64,000 nt of DNA from the NCBI GenBank assembly GCA_965217585.1, contig OZ244561.1:4416001-4480000 (forward strand). Direction: 5' to 3'. Below the pieces are notes generated by a model. The model did not search any database. It worked only from the letters and a program-made list of their open reading frames with translations, and was not told where the DNA came from. A program made the position numbers and the translations under genes. The DNA is from Candidatus Latescibacterota bacterium (GTDB taxonomy: Bacteria; Latescibacterota; UBA2968; UBA8231). Of this stretch, positions 61,476-64,000 are shown in pieces (the stretch's first letter is position 1; every line of letters starts with the position of its first letter).

Positions 61476-62288
61476 CTACTTCTCTCGCATGAGTTCGACT
61501 TGGTCTTGGGGCGGCTTAAAATAAGCGCCCGGGTGCCAAGCGCGTCCCATGTCGCCCAACAAGCGCCGCTGTCTCGGAGTACACTGCGCCAGTAGTTCCC
61601 GCGAAGGCTGGTCATAGCCGAAAGACCGGAGGAACAACTGGCTGTACCCGAAGATCAGCGATTTCCTAGTGCGGCGCGAGCGGTTCGGTGCCACGCCGTG
61701 CCAGAGCGAATGGGGGAACACGGCCGCGTCCCCCGCCGCGACACACAGCTGAACCGCTCCCGGCGTTTCTACACCGGTTGGCAGGTGCTCGTCGCCGGGA
61801 GGAACCTCTGGAAATGACAGCAAATGACTCCCTGGACAAAGGGTGAAATTTCCGCTGTAGGGCTCGGCAACATCCGTCAGGAAATATTGAACCTTTATCT
61901 GAAGGGGCCAGCTTTTTTCGGTCACCCGAATGCGGCGCAGCCCCGGTCCTCCATCGGTGTGGATATAGCCTGCGGCCTCGGGATTGGGAGGGCGCACTAG
62001 AACTTCGGCCATACTCAACTGGATGTAGGGACCCATCAACTCGAGAGCTAGGTCGAAGATCGGCGGATAGTCGATCAGTTCCAGCAACACCTCGCTCTCT
62101 GCTATAGCGAAGTAGATGTCCATCCCCTTCCCGGCTACCCGATCATCTCGAGGCACATGCTCGCGATAAAGTCGGTCCACTTCCCGAGCGAATCGTTTCA
62201 CCTCTAGCGGCGAAAGCAGGTTTTTCAACAACAGATAGCCATCGGTCGCCCACTGACCCTGCTGTTTTTCGTTCAATTGGTCCGCCAT
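61476..62288 (-). CDS. Phytanoyl-CoA dioxygenase-family Fe(II)/2-oxoglutarate dioxygenase
   Basis: DGYLLLKNLLS, HxD motif (YIHTDG), PGSH, AGDAAVF, distal His (SLWHG), RKSL. Start is ATG 62288 or TTG 62300. Confidence 0.9.
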   Translation of the reverse strand: MADQLNEKQQGQWATDGYLLLKNLLSPLEVKRFAREVDRLYREHVPRDDRVAGKGMDIYFAIAESEVLLELIDYPPIFDLALELMGPYIQLSMAEVLVRPPNPEAAGYIHTDGGPGLRRIRVTEKSWPLQIKVQYFLTDVAEPYSGNFTLCPGSHLLSFPEVPPGDEHLPTGVETPGAVQLCVAAGDAAVFPHSLWHGVAPNRSRRTRKSLIFGYSQLFLRSFGYDQPSRELLAQCTPRQRRLLGDMGRAWHPGAYFKPPQDQVELMREK

Positions 62289-62371
62289 GGCATGGTACAA
62301 ACGTCTAAAGGTGGAGATGAATAGGGACTATCCGCCGGACTCCAACGCCCCGGCGATTAGCTATCTGGAGG

Positions 62372-62421
62372 AATAATAAACAGTCCCAATAGCACATTAC
62401 ACATGCGCTATTGGGACTGTT
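62372..62421 (-). terminator. Long hairpin, probable intrinsic terminator of the 62480-63388 gene
   Basis: AACAGTCCCAATAGC (62379-62393) is the exact inverse of GCTATTGGGACTGTT (62407-62421); followed on the - strand by TATTATT. Confidence 0.7.
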
Positions 62422-62479
62422 CTAGCTGGCCGCTTGTACCTGCCGCCCAAGGCGACCTTACTGGGCTGGCGCTCCTAGT

Positions 62480-63388
62480 TCAATCTTCGAAAGAAGCTTT
62501 GATGCGCCCCCAGGAATTCCTCTCGACAGCGGTATCGTCTCCGCTTACGCCGATCAGACGCCCATCGACAAAACGGCTGGATTCACCGCTGGTTCCAGAC
62601 TGACCCGACAGGGTGGAAAAAGAGCGGTACGCGGTCGGCTCAGTGTCGAAGTCGGAAGGCGAGGTTTCAAAACCGATGATTTTGCCGGGGAAAAGATCGG
62701 ACACCACGCTTCCCTCCGGATCATTGTAGATCAGCCTGTCAAAAGCAGTTATGTAGGCTTCGTTGATCAGAATAGTGGGATTCTGGCCAACCGCGGCCCC
62801 ACCCGATTCACTGAAGGGCGGGGAAACGAGCCACTCCCCGGCTTCGGTAGTATGACCGACTACGATGTTGTCGGGCGCGGTGGGGATAAAATTGAACATT
62901 TGGGCATGAGATCCCCTGGCCAGTTTGTAATCTTCTTCAGTCTCAAAGTCGTCCTGACTGAATTGATATGGCCCGCCCGAATGATCGGCATCGATCTTGA
63001 AGGATATGGAGTCGTGTCGCCATATCTCGCCCGGATTGCCGCCGGCATACTCGTTGATGTAGACGTTGTCCGATCTCCACACCCCGTAGTAGAAACGGTC
63101 TGTAGTCGCGTTCCAGCCCAACCAGATCCGGAAGTCCATGTCGGCCGGATCGTACTGGGCTCCATCCCCTACGGTCTCAGAAAAGATGAAGTTTCCCGGC
63201 AGCAAGGATGGTTCCCCGACGATCTCTTCCCACTCCTCGATCGTTCCATCCGTAAAATCGAACTCTTCGAGATCTTCATCGGCAATCTCGAAGAACAAAT
63301 ACACATTGTCTCCAATGTGGGCAAAAGCATCGCTGGGAAGTCCTATGCCTAAACCCAAGATCAAAAAGAAAAGAATAAAGCGTCTCAT
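62480..63388 (-). CDS. Secreted acidic protein (CBM9/DOMON-like, tentative) with a C-terminal TAVExxSWGxIK motif
   Basis: Signal peptide ending DAFA; DG.IEEW, WLGWN, DSISFKIDADHSGG; ends TAVERNSWGRIKASFED; GGAGGCAGG RBS. Confidence 0.8.
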   Translation of the reverse strand: MRRFILFFLILGLGIGLPSDAFAHIGDNVYLFFEIADEDLEEFDFTDGTIEEWEEIVGEPSLLPGNFIFSETVGDGAQYDPADMDFRIWLGWNATTDRFYYGVWRSDNVYINEYAGGNPGEIWRHDSISFKIDADHSGGPYQFSQDDFETEEDYKLARGSHAQMFNFIPTAPDNIVVGHTTEAGEWLVSPPFSESGGAAVGQNPTILINEAYITAFDRLIYNDPEGSVVSDLFPGKIIGFETSPSDFDTEPTAYRSFSTLSGQSGTSGESSRFVDGRLIGVSGDDTAVERNSWGRIKASFED

Positions 63389-63549
63389 GATTCCTGCCTC
63401 CGATAGGTAGATTTTCCGTTTTCTCGCTTCTGCGAATTTCCTGTATAAGGACGCACGGAAATCGTGCGGAGAATAATAAGAAGGGATAACCCTATCTTCC
63501 TCCTTTCTTTTTGAAAAAGGTTAGGAAAATTGAAAAAAGGATGTAAGTC

Positions 63550-63578
63550 ATTATTATTATAACCAACCATAAAGTCAA
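63550..63578 (-). promoter_or_regulatory. Candidate sigma70 promoter for 62480-63388
   Basis: TTGACT-N17-AATAAT on the - strand in the AT-rich divergent intergenic region. Confidence 0.45.
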
Positions 63579-63703
63579 GCGAAAAAAGAACGATTGACTA
63601 ATCGTGTCGGGAATTTCCAGAATTTGACAAAACATCAACTTAGAGAACTGCGGGCGGGTTTGTATATTGCCTAGGGCCCAAGCCCAAGGCGAGGAGTGCA
63701 TAT

Positions 63704-64000
63704 CTGCAGCAATCGATTCCCAAGACGTACAGGTATTTCCTTGAGCGCCGCAGGGCGGAAGGGGCCGGACCGCAGAAACTGTCCTTCCGGGCGTTCTGGG
63801 TGGGGACCTTTCTGAGCTTTTTCCTGGCCATTGGAGCCCCCTACGGCAATATGGTTATCCGGGGCTCGTACATGGCTCTCGATTTCAGCACACCGGGAGT
63901 CATCTTCCTCTTCCTCTTCCTCATCGGGGTACTCAATCTCTGCTTCAAACTGGCGGCCAGAGGACTTCTCTCCGCCTTGCTTTTCGCCTTTATCCTAATC
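63704..64000 (+). CDS. DUF6785-like membrane protein, paralog 3 (5' part; runs off the window)
   Basis: Not in the ORF track. Frame reads LSFRAFWVGTFLSFFLAIGAPYGNMVIRGSYMALDFSTPGVIFLF, matching GAPYANMVLRGSYMALDFSNAGAIFLF of paralog 2. Probable CTG start. Confidence 0.85.
   Translation, partial: MQQSIPKTYRYFLERRRAEGAGPQKLSFRAFWVGTFLSFFLAIGAPYGNMVIRGSYMALDFSTPGVIFLFLFLIGVLNLCFKLAARGLLSALLFAFILI

Noticed and set aside
63420-63480. Small hairpins (CGCACG-GAAAT-CGTGCG) in the leader of 62480-63388
   Set aside because: No match to a riboswitch consensus I can recognise; stems are short enough to arise by chance.

Overview
High-GC bacterial chromosome segment. Gene content (DUF6785-like transporters, many secreted proteins with 'NPFTPNGDGxND' C-terminal domains, CRTAC1/ASPIC-UnbV proteins, a C-terminal 'SWGxIK' motif) suggests an FCB-group organism such as Ca. 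Latescibacterota; this taxonomy is inference. Layout: (i) 1-3850, a lower-GC accessory patch with a partial AAA ATPase, a DUF433 protein carrying 13-aa repeats, a complete ISAs1-family element (terminal IRs, 10-bp TSD) and small hypotheticals. (ii) 3852-12712, an orphan sufB and a MoxR/DUF58/TPR/DUF4175-like cluster. (iii) 12767-23901, a partly decayed transporter plus secreted-protein module, TPR, two CRTAC1-like genes and an FGE-like gene. (iv) 23920-41541, housekeeping genes (glnS, dapL, nadA with a coupled RHH regulator, xylA, lpdA-sucB-sucA, purL). (v) 41574-46187, a glycine/sarcosine/betaine-reductase-like operon in which GrdA and GrdB each contain an in-frame UGA (selenocysteine) followed by a SECIS-like hairpin; the ORF track splits both genes. 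(vi) 46184-64000, a co-oriented envelope module (PhyH dioxygenase, DUF6785-like transporter, three large paralogous secreted proteins with type-B-CTD/FlgD-like tails, a probable outer-membrane barrel, a lipoprotein, a PPIase) that is translationally coupled to the reductase operon. The best candidates for novelty are this envelope module linked to an atypical seleno-reductase, and the RHH-nadA unit with its candidate operators. No rRNA, tRNA or CRISPR array was recognised. All family assignments come from motif recognition by eye, not database searches.
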